This document shows positions 26,407 to 38,467 of a stretch of DNA of 64,000 nt, in pieces. A program made the translations under genes and the position numbers. The DNA is from Curvularia clavata (lineage: Eukaryota): NCBI GenBank assembly GCA_023920165.1, contig CP089274.1, positions 3,534,001 to 3,598,000 of the forward strand, in the 5' to 3' direction. The notes under the pieces are model-generated. The model was not told the DNA's origin. It worked only from the letters and a program-made list of their open reading frames with translations, and did no database searches. Within the stretch, counting starts at the first letter, position 1. The number at the start of each line of letters is the position of its first letter.

Positions 26407-27354
26407 ATGCGTGCACTTGCCCCCTTTACGATCCTAGGTAATAACATCTGTAGCTCAACATGCCTACATGTACTCGCAGTCTCTAGTGCAAGGCTGACAT
26501 TCAAACAGCAGCCGCTTCCGTCCAGGCTATTCAGTCGGTTCACGAAGTGACAGTCTGTGATGATGGCTGTAGCAAGCTCTCTAAGCTCTGCACGGATTCG
26601 GTGCTGCTACACGGCTACCAGACGACTCTGACCTATCTGTGCCCTGAGATTCAGACCCCAGCTGCCACCATCACTGTCACCACGACTATGGCTACCACCG
26701 TGCATGGCAGCGCGGCCCCTAGTACCACTTCGGGATATGCTACACCTCCTGTCTCCATTTGCAAGGAGTATGTACGCAGGCCGCGATTTAATAAGTTTCT
26801 GCTGACCTTTCAGAAACGCTCCTACCTCTGAAGAGCTTATCACGACTAGGACGGTTTATTCAACGATCCAAGTCACGGTTACGAAGACTACGACCAGTTC
26901 TTCGTCCTCTCTGACACCTGCTGTAATTACCACATCCTTTTCAGCAGTCGCGCTTTCCGATGTAGAGCCGCCGTCCTCCACCAAACCAACATGGCCTGAG
27001 TTCAAGAACATGTCTTCAGTGACAATTTCTACTTCGAAGCCTTTTGTCACGGAGCAGCCACTTCCATCCATAGACATGACCTCTTTTAACCTGTTCCCAC
27101 CTCACACAGTTGCTAGTCCGTCTTCGGCTGCGCAAAACTCCTCGATTGTCGACTATATATCTCTTACTAACAAGACGTCATCCTTTAGCGGATACGACCC
27201 TCATACTAACGTCCTGAGGGAGGTTAAACCTATGGAGACTGTCACAACCTCTACGGGTGTAGTCACAATGACCACCACGAGTATGGCTGGGAAGATCTGT
27301 ATCTCTTTGGCCGCACTCGTTTTTAGTGTGATGACTACTACCCTCACATTGTAA
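26407..27354 (+). CDS. Secreted Thr/Ser-rich, probably GPI-anchored cell wall protein
   Basis: Three exons splice in frame (MRALAPFTILAAASVQA...). Cys-containing N-terminal part, T/S-rich body and hydrophobic C-terminus ISLAALVFSVMTTTLTL. Confidence 0.75.
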
Positions 27355-28256
27355 GCGGCATGTGGCTTTTGTCCCTGAGTAAATCAACAATCGAAGTTTG
27401 GCTCGGGACGGGGCTTCGGCTGGGTATGACAGGTTTACGACGGAAATGGATGTCTTCGTGAATGTCACAATTTGTACGGCATAGCATATCAGACAACGCT
27501 GTATCGGTCACAATGGACGTGAAAAACATCAAAATCTACTCCACACGTTGGTCGTAGTCCTGGACTTGTGATTTTATGTGACTATCTCTTTTTGTTCCCA
27601 TCGCCTACAATCGGCTTGGGATATGGTAGTACACGCGCGGATATCGATGTTGAGTGGTTAAAGAGTGAGGCCCGGGTTCCACGTCCTAAATAATGCACGA
27701 AAGTTATTTTTGCAAACCATAAGGGCTGAGCGTAGAAGGTGAACCACCCCACGGGCTGTGGATTGTGGTCAGAGCTTCGCAGCAAGGATGATGGAACCGA
27801 AGTTGCGGACTCGCGATCCAATCACGGGGCAAGCGCGCCGCAACCACGGCGAACACCAAAGGCTGGCTCTGGCGCAGCCTCACGCCCTCTCATGTACATG
27901 ATAGAACCACGGACGCCCAATCCAATTGTGTTCGCCGAGCAGCACCCGTCACCAATCGCGGTCGCCAACCTCAAGTAGCCATCAGCTTGTGCTAAGAAAC
28001 CACGCCCCCCGACAACGAAGCCCGCGGTTGTCTCTACCTCTCACATACCGCCTTTTGAAAGAACAGCGCGACGTGCTGTGCCCAAGAATCGCACTTCGAT
28101 TCGACTATACACCCCGTTTTTACACCAATAACTTTCGCTTCTCCACAGAGCTCTTCGACGAACAGCCATTAGACTGCTTCATCTGGTATTGAACCAACGA
28201 TTGCCACGGACTAATACTGAAAGTCTTGGCCACATACAGACGAACTCCCATACAAA

Positions 28257-30610
28257 ATGGCCGTAAAGAAGTCAGGAAGGGCGCAGTTGAGAGAAGAGGG
28301 TATGGCGTCTGCATGAATACAAGCAACATGGCTGCTAACAAACTCTAGGTTTGGAGCGAACAGACAATAACATGGATCTCACGACGTGGCCGCAGATTGG
28401 CATGATCAACCAGAAAAACTACTACACCGAGTTTCTGAAGAGAGACGAGCAGTTTCTCGCCGTGCGATATCCGAAAGATGAAGAGAGGGCGCGCATAGTG
28501 CAGGAAGCTAGGGACAAGGATCGCGCACGCGCGCTAGGTGTGCCGGCAACGGAAGGAGCGACGCCATCAGCTGCGGACGAGACCATGGAAGATGCTGAGG
28601 CTTCATTTGCATCCAAGACGGATATCTCGAAGCTCATTGTAATACATCCAGGTAGCCAGAACCTGAGGATAGGACTTGGATCAGATGCATTGCCCAAGAC
28701 TGTGCCTATGGTCATTGCACGAAAATGGAAAGAGAGCGAGGACGAGGAAGATGGTGGGGAGCCCTGCCCTAAGCGTATGAAGGTTGATGGAGTTGAAGCC
28801 GCGGACGCTCTACCTGAAAAATGGTTTGGAGAGGATGTAAGTTGATGAGTAGTTGCTGCTCTGCTCCTGCTGATTCGCGATCCAGTTTGCCGATCAGTAC
28901 ATGGCCATGTCTTCCGAACTCAGGACACGAATGCGGTCAAACAAGCGACGAGTACTTCCCAACTCCAAGGACCTAGTCACAAACTACAACCGGAAGTCAC
29001 CTCCAGATATCATCTCCGAGCACAATGACATTAATCGTGTTGAGTGGACAGAGATACCAGCGGATCCCACCAAGGCCCCGGATTTTTTTACTGGAAACGA
29101 GGCATTGCGAATCCCAGAAAAGTCCAATCCACGATACAAGCTGTTCTGGCCTATACGAGATGGTACCTTTAACGAGAAAGACTACCGCGATCGCAATCAA
29201 ATCTATCATGACATCTCAAAGATACTCGAAGAAGCTTTCAGAAGTCAGCTGGGCATCACCAAGTTGAAGGATCTTGTTAACTACAAGTGTGTGTTTATTA
29301 TTCCGGATCTCTACGAACGCCAGTACGTAACCATGATTCTCGACATCCTGATGCGAGACCTCGGGCTGGGAAAGGTCTGCCTGCAGCAAGAGTCTCTTTC
29401 GGCTACATTTGGTGCGGGCTATGGTGTGGCATGCGTTGTCGATATTGGCGCCCAAAAGACGTCCATTTGCTGTGTCGACGAAGGACTGTGCGCGGAGGAA
29501 TCACGCGTCAACTTAAAAATGGGCGGAGCGGATGTGACGGAGACGTTTATCAAGATGATGTTGTACGGTCACTTTCCGTACTCGGACATGAACCTGAAGC
29601 GGAGATACGATTGGCTACTCGCCGAGGAGCTGAAGCAAAAGTTCTGCTCCATGGACGAGGGTGCTGTCACAGTGCAGACATGGGACTTTCACCTTCGAGC
29701 TTGGGGCCAGGATACACGGAAATACACATTCAAGACGTACGATGAGACGATGCTTTCGGTCATGGTAAGTTGCAACAGGCACTGAGACTGGCGGCTAAGT
29801 TGCTGACATGACATGCTATAGGGTTTCTTCAAACCTTCTATATTCGATAACTCACGGAAACTGGAGAACAGGAGGAAAGTGGTGCCACGTTCCGTCGATC
29901 TTTATGATGGCTCGCCGAACGACCCCATGTCACAAGCACAAATCTCCATTATCGAAACTGCAGCGGGCAAGCCCGTTGTGCCAGCAACCAACGGCGTCCA
30001 AGAAGCTGTCAACAACACGGCGCCCATATCGACGCCCCAGCGTCCACAAACCAACCCTCTGAGCCTTCTTAGTCGCCTGAACGAAGGAGAAAACACACCG
30101 CGGTCCTCTGTGGCCGGGTCGCCGGGCCCCGAAGGCACCAACACGCCGAACCCAGAGCGCGACACGCCCATGGGAGACGCCGAGGGCCCACCGCTGCTCG
30201 TCCGAGACCCTATTGACGAGAAGACTAAAGTAGCCGAAGCGCGCGACGCGGTACTACCCATCCAGTCGCTCGATCAGGCCATTCTCGAATCGCTGACGCA
30301 CGGGGCGCGCGGCGACGATCGCAAACTGCGTGACTTTTTCGGCGGCATTATGCTCGTGGGCGGCGCGTCAAAGACACCCGGCCTCCGCGAGTTTCTTGAA
30401 ATGCGGCTCCGTGAGTTGCGCCCGGGGTATGGAAAGGAGATCCTGGTGGGGCCACCCCCGCGCGATTTCGATCCTCAGGTCGTGGCGTGGAAGGGTGGAA
30501 GTGTGTTTGGGCGCCTCAGTAGTCATGGGAATGATGGCTGGATTAGCAGATATGAGTACGACATGTTGGGCGCCAGGCTGCTGAATACAAAGTGTATGTT
30601 TGCTTGGTAG
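28257..30610 (+). CDS. ARP8: Actin-related protein 8 (INO80 complex)
   Basis: Four exons. INQKNYYTEFLKRD, IVIHPGSQNLRIG, VVDIGAQKTSICCV and WKGGSVF. Confidence 0.94.
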
Positions 30611-30822
30611 GGGAGAGATGTCAAAAAAGGGGGGGATTTGAGGAAGGGGCTATGTGGTTTTGGATTGAACGTTTTTCTTGCTACATCTCTACACGGAATA
30701 TATGTGCGATATAGGTGGTCACCTAAAGGGGAATCTGTCCTAAGTGGAGGTTGTTTGGGGTCAAGAGATAGAATGAAGAAACATTTGTTGATGGAGATGA
30801 CGATAATGATGAGGGGGTAACT

Positions 30823-30844
30823 GTGATTGTGATTGTGATTGTGA
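30823..30844. repeat. (GTGATT)n microsatellite
   Basis: About 3.7 tandem units, followed by triplet low-complexity sequence. Confidence 0.8.
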
Positions 30845-31847
30845 CGACGGTGGTGGTGATTACAATAATAATGATAACAACAGTGATGATATTAATGGGT
30901 GTTTACTGGGGCAAACATCAAGCTTTCTTGGAGACTTGGTAGGTGCGTTGTTGAAATTCAAGATGGCATTTTGCTGAGTTTGGATATTAATACCAGAGCA
31001 ACCATGGTAATAATAGCAAAGCACGCTTGTAAATATCTTCGGTTGTGTGCATGTTACTGGATCAAACAAACTAATGGATAGTGTCGAAGTGAAGAAATCA
31101 GTCTCGGGGTCTCTCTGGCTGATGACTCAATTAAGGCCAATGACTGCAGTGTTGTGTGTGTGTGTAGTGTCGCCTTATAGTCGTCTGAAACATTTTACAC
31201 TGTGCCCCAACTTGGACTGAGAGAAAAACAAACCACGACACATGTTGTGCTGACGGTCACGTATAGATGGAGTACAGGGATTAATTTTGTGATTACTGTG
31301 TGACATCCGTATGAGGAAAAAGCAAAATCACCGCGGGCCCCCAGGTTGGAGGAGTGACATTGGGGAGGAATGCTTCGCTCTCGGATCATCTCAGAAGGTT
31401 GATTTGTCAGCACGTGCGACGACAAGAGTGGAGCCAGTTGAATGCTCGTGGCTCAGTGGATGATGAGGAGTAGGATGCTTGTGCTGTAAGCCATCGAGAT
31501 GCAAGGTAGTGTGCATACCAAACGTGGTTACATGCAAGGCGTTCTCTCGACACAATCAAGGATTGCAATAAACATGGAGCATTTATTCGGACGAGTGTCG
31601 GATGGTGTGGTGAGCAGTGGTTTCATGGTACGTAAGCCTTGGTCGGAGTTCCGGTTGTGCCGTCGGAGATGGTAATCACTAGGCACTGGTGAGAGGAATG
31701 CCGTCCACCATGATGATGGTGGTGGTGTTTTTTTTAATGTACCCAAAGCATCGACAGATGGTGGAGATAGCTCCAATAGTAGCATCAAACGCCGGTAGGT
31801 AGGTACAGAGATTGCATTAGCCGCAGAGACGGGGTTGAGGTTACTTG

Positions 31848-32469
31848 TTACTCTTTTAGTCCAATCTCGGCAGCTTTTTGATTACAAAACTCGGCCATGT
31901 CCACATCCTTGGAGCTAAGACCGTTTGGGTTGTGGGTGGTCCATTCAATGGTGACACGATTGTAGAGATTGGACCAGGATGGATGATGGTTCTTGGCCTT
32001 GGACTCGTCTGCAACCAGTGACATGAATTTCCAAGCTTTGGTAAAGCTGGAAAAGGTAAATTGGCGTGTGATGCCTTTGCGCGAGTCGGTGAGGTGCCAG
32101 TCAGGAAAGAGGCTCATTGCTCGATGGGGAAGGTCAGCAGGCTGGTTGGCAGAGAAGATTATGTCATGTGCTGCTGGAATAGAGGGCGACTGTGCATCCA
32201 TGGTGGCAGAGGAAGGCGCGGTTGACAGTGGTCGTCGTCGGGCGCAGGGCGTGTAGATTGCACCAGGCAAAAGGGCAGCGCTCTGTGTGGGCAGCGCTGG
32301 CCGGCGGGCGAGGGTCAGCAAGGCAGTTGTGATGCGGCAATGAGGGAGATGAGCTAGGCTATGGTCTGGAGATTAGACAAGTTGAGTTCTGAGGTAATCA
32401 GGGCGGGTGTATGACTGCAGGGGAGCAGACTCACGGGGCCGCCCGGACAAGACGCAGCGAGGAAGCCAT
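31848..32469 (-). CDS. Pterin-4-alpha-carbinolamine dehydratase; start uncertain (ATG 32469 via an intron, or ATG 32201)
   Basis: ITRQFTFSSFTKAWKFM, HHPSWSNLYNRVTIEWTTH and GLSSKDVDMA motifs. Confidence 0.88.
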
Positions 32470-32682
32470 GCAAGCGTGACAGCAAGCGTATAGAGTGCAG
32501 AGAGAGTTGCAATGGCTGGTGGGTGCATTCACTTCACAGCTGGCGGGAAGCGTCGGATGCGGATGCTCGCAGCGCCCGTATAGAGTAATCAGAAGACGGT
32601 GCGCTAGGCCCAAAGCGGGCGGCAGCTGGGCGGCTACCAGGTGTTTGGACAATTGGTCAGCAGCGCACCAGGGCAGCAGCAT

Positions 32683-32706
32683 GCCAGTGCCAGTGCCAGT
32701 GCCAGT
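32683..32706. repeat. (GCCAGT)4 microsatellite in the divergent promoter
   Basis: Four perfect tandem hexamers. Confidence 0.85.
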
Positions 32707-33328
32707 GCCCATACAAGACACAAGGCGCACGGGGGAATCCAACGACATGGCCAAGCACGGGCGCGGCCATGCGAGGGCGTCGTCGTGCGTGTATACATAA
32801 TAGTAATCACCAGGCCAGAGTACATGTGCCGGCAGAGCACCACGCCCGCCTACTGCCTATACCTGCGCCTGTGCCTGCCTGTGCCCGCGCCCCGGCTATC
32901 CGCCCGCCTACTTAAACGCCCAACGCCCGCCCACCTTAGTCAAAGCTGCGTAATCCACTTTCCGACCAACTGCATCATCACATCCCAGGTGAGTTGCCCC
33001 GTCATCGCCCACACCACCCACCGCGCGCCCACCGCACTCCCGTCGCGACGCCGCCCAAGACCTGCGCCCGCCATGGCCGCCCTGCCCTCAATGCTGACTT
33101 CAACCCCCAGTTGCCCTCTTTCTCGTCCCCTCGACGCTCCACCCAACCCCCGACGTCACTCTCCTCGCCCTCTACTACAGCGCCTCTTGTCCCCAGCCTA
33201 GTCTGCAGTCCTGTCAGCGCCACACAACCACCGCTGCTGTGATCTCCTCTGTCGCACCGTGATTGCGCCCGTCGCCACTGCACCCTCCCTCCCTCCATCC
33301 CTCCATCTCCACCGACACGCCCTCTACC

Positions 33329-34062
33329 ATGCAGACGTCGGCCGCTCAGGTAAGCAGTGCTGACGCTTTCAGGCCTTTGCCCTGCTGACTATCCAACCAG
33401 GACCAGTCCAAGCCGACTATCGAGATGAGTTAGTGCCTCCCCGCATCCCGGCTCTCGTACTGATGACTAACCCACCCTCACCACCAAAGGCTTAAGAGAA
33501 CACCTGCTCGCTGCTGGCGCTGGCCAGCCCAGCGTCCAGCCTCTACCACAGCATCCAACACACGCCCAGCACCCTCACCCCTCCGGCCAGCCCCACGCCA
33601 TTGACCCGGCCATTGGCGGTCCCACCTCCTACGACATGAGCGCCGGCGGCCCTGACGACGGCAACACGAGCGAAGGTCGCTCCAAGGGACGGAGAGAGCT
33701 GTCCACGTCCAAGCGCGCCGCCCAGAATCGCGCCGCCCAGGTATGTCCAAGCCCACGGCCCTACTGTGTGTTGCGCCCTGCTAACCTTGACCAGCGCGCA
33801 TTCCGCCAGCGCAAGGAGGAGTACATCAAGCAACTCAAGGATCAGGTCAAGGAGTTTGAGCAGCTGTGTGAGCTGTACAAGACGCTACAAACCGAGAATT
33901 ACCAATTGCGCGACTATATCATCAACCTCCAGTCCAGACTACTCGAGACCCAGGGCGAGATACCTCCTGCACCAGCCGGCGTGGACCTTAATCGACCACA
34001 TGCCGAGCAAGCCAATATGCACCCGCAGCCACCATCACAACAAGCGCCAGCACAGCAACCCG

Positions 34063-34093
<31 letters not shown>

Positions 34094-34382
34094 ACAACAG
34101 TCCGCAGTCCAAAACAACACCCATAGCAGCAATGGCGGTTTGTCAGAACGCCAGATTGGTGAGCTACAAATGGCTGCTCAAGCAGCTGCCGCGGCGCAAC
34201 ACAGCACAGCCGGCACCAAGCACGCCAACGTCGATAGTACATACGACTACACAGACAAGCGTCAGAAAGTTGACGAATCTCCTCAAGGTCAGCACCCTCT
34301 ACTCCCCTTTCCCCCTCCTTGTACCCCGGCTCAATTGCTTATTGAGAGCGCAGTCACTCCGATCCACGGCTTACCAGCATAG
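33329..34382 (+). CDS. kapC: bZIP transcription factor, KapC-like
   Basis: Micro-exons of 21 and 28 nt; basic region RELSTSKRAAQNRAAQ|RAFRQRKEEYIKQL, leucine zipper, polyQ tract. Probable 5'-UTR intron at 32989-33109. Confidence 0.8.
34065..34100 (+). repeat. CAG/CAA polyglutamine tract in the bZIP gene
   Basis: 12 consecutive Gln codons. Confidence 0.9.
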
Positions 34383-35359
34383 TAGGCTCAGGTACATCTA
34401 CCGATTACGATGTATTTGTCAATGAGATCCACCATCCGGACAAGCAAACTGCATAGAACGTACAAGATCGGATACTTGTTGTCCTTGATCTCCGTCGCAG
34501 ACTACTCATCAACTTTTTTCTTTCTCGACTTTTTATGATATAATGCATAGGCCACGAAGCTTGTCTACGCTCGGGCCAGCGGTGTAACACGACTGGCGCA
34601 TGGAGTCCGGTGTAGTTCTGTACTTCTTACCCCTGCTTTCCCTTTCACCATGCTGTCATGCTAGAGCACTTTAGGTGCTGCGCAGTAGATTTCGCCTTGT
34701 TCTTCATCTGCCCAGGTCTTTGGCGACTCGAAGGGCAAATTCAAAGTGCATTCCCTTGTGGGCAGCCCTTTGTGCTGTTCCTCTTTCATGTTGTTTTCCT
34801 GTGACATGTCTTTTAGGACAAAACAAGTCGTCAAGGAAACCTTCTACAGTGTTTGACATGTTGTCCTATTCAGGTCAAGATGTGTAATGGTGTATCTTGG
34901 CTTCCAGACGGTGTCAGGGTCTTTGCCATGATGCATTAGTGTTCAAGTCCAAGACCATGAATGACTTAGCAGATGAAGAGACAATGTCAGCATCTGTTTT
35001 TTTTTTCTCATCGTAGTTTTGACTTGGTCAGGTAAAATATATTGAGAGAAACAGACTAATCGTGTCACTGTCCTGGTAGCAACATCAGAGTGAACCATTG
35101 CAGAACACTAATTACTTTCTCCCAGTCCCTACAGAAAGCCTGGCCATTGTGAGATTCTAAGCTGTGTTTCTGAAAATGCACGACAATGCTATAATCTCAA
35201 CTTGCAGAATACACCGACTAAAACAGCTCAATCCACTCAGCATCTTCAAGAAAACAAAAGACTTGAGTCGCATTCACCGTAAGACGAGGAGTCGTAAATT
35301 AATATTTATATGTACATCGAAAACCGTATCTCCTCTCTCCTCGTCACATAACCTAGCAC

Positions 35360-36235
35360 CTACAAACAGGTGCCTGGAATCGACGCAGTAGCGTTCTTAA
35401 TAGAACCCTGCAAGAAGCCTCCACCACCGCACTGCAGTGCCTTCACAAAAGCCTTGGCCGCATTGTCTGCCCCCTTCGCATTCGTATGCGTATGGTCTCC
35501 AGACACAAACAACGCATCTGTTGCCGACTTGCCCAGCGACTTGTAAATATTCGCCAAATACGCTCCATGATCCACAAACATGGCACTGCTGCCCAGCGCC
35601 TTAGCCACATCCCTCGCATACCCAACAAACCTACCCCCATCCGTATACTGAAAGCTACCCGTCTCCCACGGATTGTTGGGCGTCTGGGAACTCATAATGA
35701 CTTTTGCGCCCTTTGCGATAAACTTCTTGCCCGCTTGTGTCAAGTACCAGTTGTACGTGCGTACCTGTACACTCTGGCCGTTGTAGGTGGACTGGCAGAT
35801 TTCGTCGCCCGTACCGGGGCACACGGAGCGTCCATTATCTTCACGAAGGGAGCCGCCGTCGTTGTGCCCAAACTCAATGACGACAATGTCGTTGGCTTTG
35901 ACAAGGTTGGCAATCTCATCGAAGCGGCCTTCGACAGTGTAGGAGCGCGAGCTTCGGCCGCCGATGGCTTTGTTTACAGCCGGAATGGAGAGGGAGTATT
36001 GGATAAATGCGCCCCAGCCTGTTTGAGAGATGAGTCAGCAGGGGTTGCGTTTGGGTGGTATCTGACCAGTCTAGGACTGGGATTCTTACGTACCGGTAAT
36101 TTGGCTGTTTCCATTTGCCATGGTAGAATCTCCCGCAAAGTAAACAGTTGGCGCGCGCTTCTCGACATGGCTGCTAGGTGCGCCGACGGCGGTCGCAGCC
36201 AGAGCGAGTACGGAAACGACGGTGGAAGAGTACAT
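35360..36235 (-). CDS. Rhamnogalacturonan acetylesterase (CE12, SGNH hydrolase), secreted
   Basis: Signal peptide; AGDSTMA, AIGGRSSRSY, EFGHND and DHTH motifs; intron 36019-36093. Confidence 0.92.
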
Positions 36236-38124
36236 AGTCACAGCGACTTTATTTCGGAGCCTCGAACGTTCGAATACGTACAGATCAAGATGGCGGAAGG
36301 CGAAAGATCAGGCAGGACTAAAGACCAAAAAAAAAAAAAGGCCCTGGAATGAGCCCAGGACAAGTCAACTACTATATATCTACCCTTTCTCCGCACATTT
36401 CCCAGCTAATTAAAGTCCAAGCCTGCATGAAACAAACGGAACGCAGCGGGCAAAAACGAGAGAGCCAGCCAAGAAGGGCTCGTGGTTTCTCCGTCCGTGT
36501 TAAATGACCGAGTGTTTCTCTATATTAACCACCAACCGCCTTTTAGTGACATGCGTAAATAAGGCTTAGGCCATGTTTCGTATGGTGCGTTTCAGGCAAA
36601 TCAGCAGTGCGTCTTCTACATGCCGTTCTAGAGTTCCACCGCAAACATGGGGTCATCGTCGGGAAACAGGGGGGGGGGGGGGACTCGCTGTGGGTGTGTG
36701 CCTAGGAATTCTCCGAGCATTGAACAGATTATTCCGGGGATATATAAGGCGACTAAGGTGTCGAGTACGCGATGTTTAGACCCCTTCTTTCTGCCCTTCT
36801 TCGGGTCCTTGGTGATAAGTGCTACCTGTAATAACCCCATGGCATTCCCATGCTCTGCTACTTGTGATGGCATTTTCTTTTCTGCGCTGCTAGGAACCAG
36901 GCTCCATCAGTTAATTGGTGGCACTAGATCAACGGGACGGGTATCTAGCCTCAGGCGTGGAGAGATTCCATTACCCGTTCTGTTCCCCCGCTTCGCAGCT
37001 AGCGTGGAGCGGGACATCTCCACCCGAGAGCGAGAGGGACGTTGGCAGGCATACCGAGGCTTGATAACTTAACAAACACTTGCTTTTTCCTTTTGGCGCC
37101 TTCCTTGTTCGAAACGAATGGGGTTCTTGGTACTATATGTCGACGTATTGCGAGATTGTGAGAATGCGCGTATAGTTTGTTTTGAATGCTCGTTAAGTTT
37201 ACGAAGGAGGATGCAGGTCGCTCTCGTAAGCCTTGCGGATGAGGAATAGGGTCTGTTTGGGCTATAGTATGCTGTCAGAATGTAGGCATACTATTCGCTG
37301 TTCCGGAACTTTTTTGCAGCGGCTTCGTATTGGCCCGGTGCACAGGAGTGCTTGTAGCTCTTTTTGGGCTATTGATGCGATTATAGGTTGACTCGAGAAT
37401 AACGCCGTAGGAGTCTCCCTCCAACATCAGGCTACACAGTTCCGTACTACATACGGCATCCTTGAGGTCCCTGTCAATAACATCAGGCGGTGACGGAGCC
37501 TGATCTCTGCGACTACAAAGAGCATATCACGTCACAACCTCGACGATTTTCGATATATCAAAGAAAACGATGGTGTTTCTATTACTTACGACATAGCATT
37601 AATATTAGACATACCCGCGTTTCACACCTAGCTCTTAAACGGAAACGAGACCCATCTCTCTTACTCGCCGAAGCAAGCCATCGAGACACGACATTAGCTT
37701 TTCTGAACCGCTCACTAATTACCCCATGCAACAGTACGACTAAAAGAATTTCCTTTGAACATTCTGCCATAACCTAACATCCTCCATTTACTCAAAAACC
37801 GAGAGCCAGAGCAGTCTGTCCAAACCTTCCCATTATCATTCTCCCAAAAACAGCGACAGAGCGAAAGAGATAAGAGAGAAACCACAACAAATCTCAAATT
37901 TCATACATCTATCTTTTGATGACCACTCACGAGGCGAGCTACGTACCCTACCCTACCCAAACCCAACTTGATAAACTATGCATATATATGTTTGTAAACA
38001 ACCGCACGCCAAGTGAACCCGAGAGATAGATAGCAATCAATGAGTCCGAAACAAGAATGATAGTGAAGAAAGAAAGAAGGAAGAAGCCTTAATAATGATA
38101 TGTTGGTTGGTTGCTCGGGAGGGA

Positions 38125-38155
38125 GGAAGGAAGGAAGGAAGGAAGGAAGGAAGGA
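38125..38155. repeat. (GGAA)7 microsatellite
   Basis: Perfect tandem tetramers. Confidence 0.9.
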
Positions 38156-38467
38156 GGGGCAATGCAAGAAAGCGCGCTGCCATGCATGCCAGATGTCTAA
38201 ACAAAAGCATAAAAAAGTTCAACAGAGTTGTTCCAACATTTGCTTTGAAAACAGCCGCTAAGGAGCAAGCATGGGAGGGCGCTCGCGCTGAGCGTTTCCC
38301 GTATGCAAAATTCGTCAAGCTGTGGTGGAAAATAAATGTGAGTTACATGAGAGAGGGTGTGTGTCGAGCCTGCCGACAAGATTCATGAGAGAAACTTTGG
38401 CATGCCCGTTGGGGAAATGTACATGTATGAGTCTTTTGGTGCTGGAAATTCAAAGTCTTTTGGTGGC

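Noticed and set aside
36529..36535. CCACCAA, GARE-like site upstream of the CE12 esterase
   Set aside because: Single degenerate 7-mer lacking the flanking consensus; no match seen upstream of the PL3 gene.
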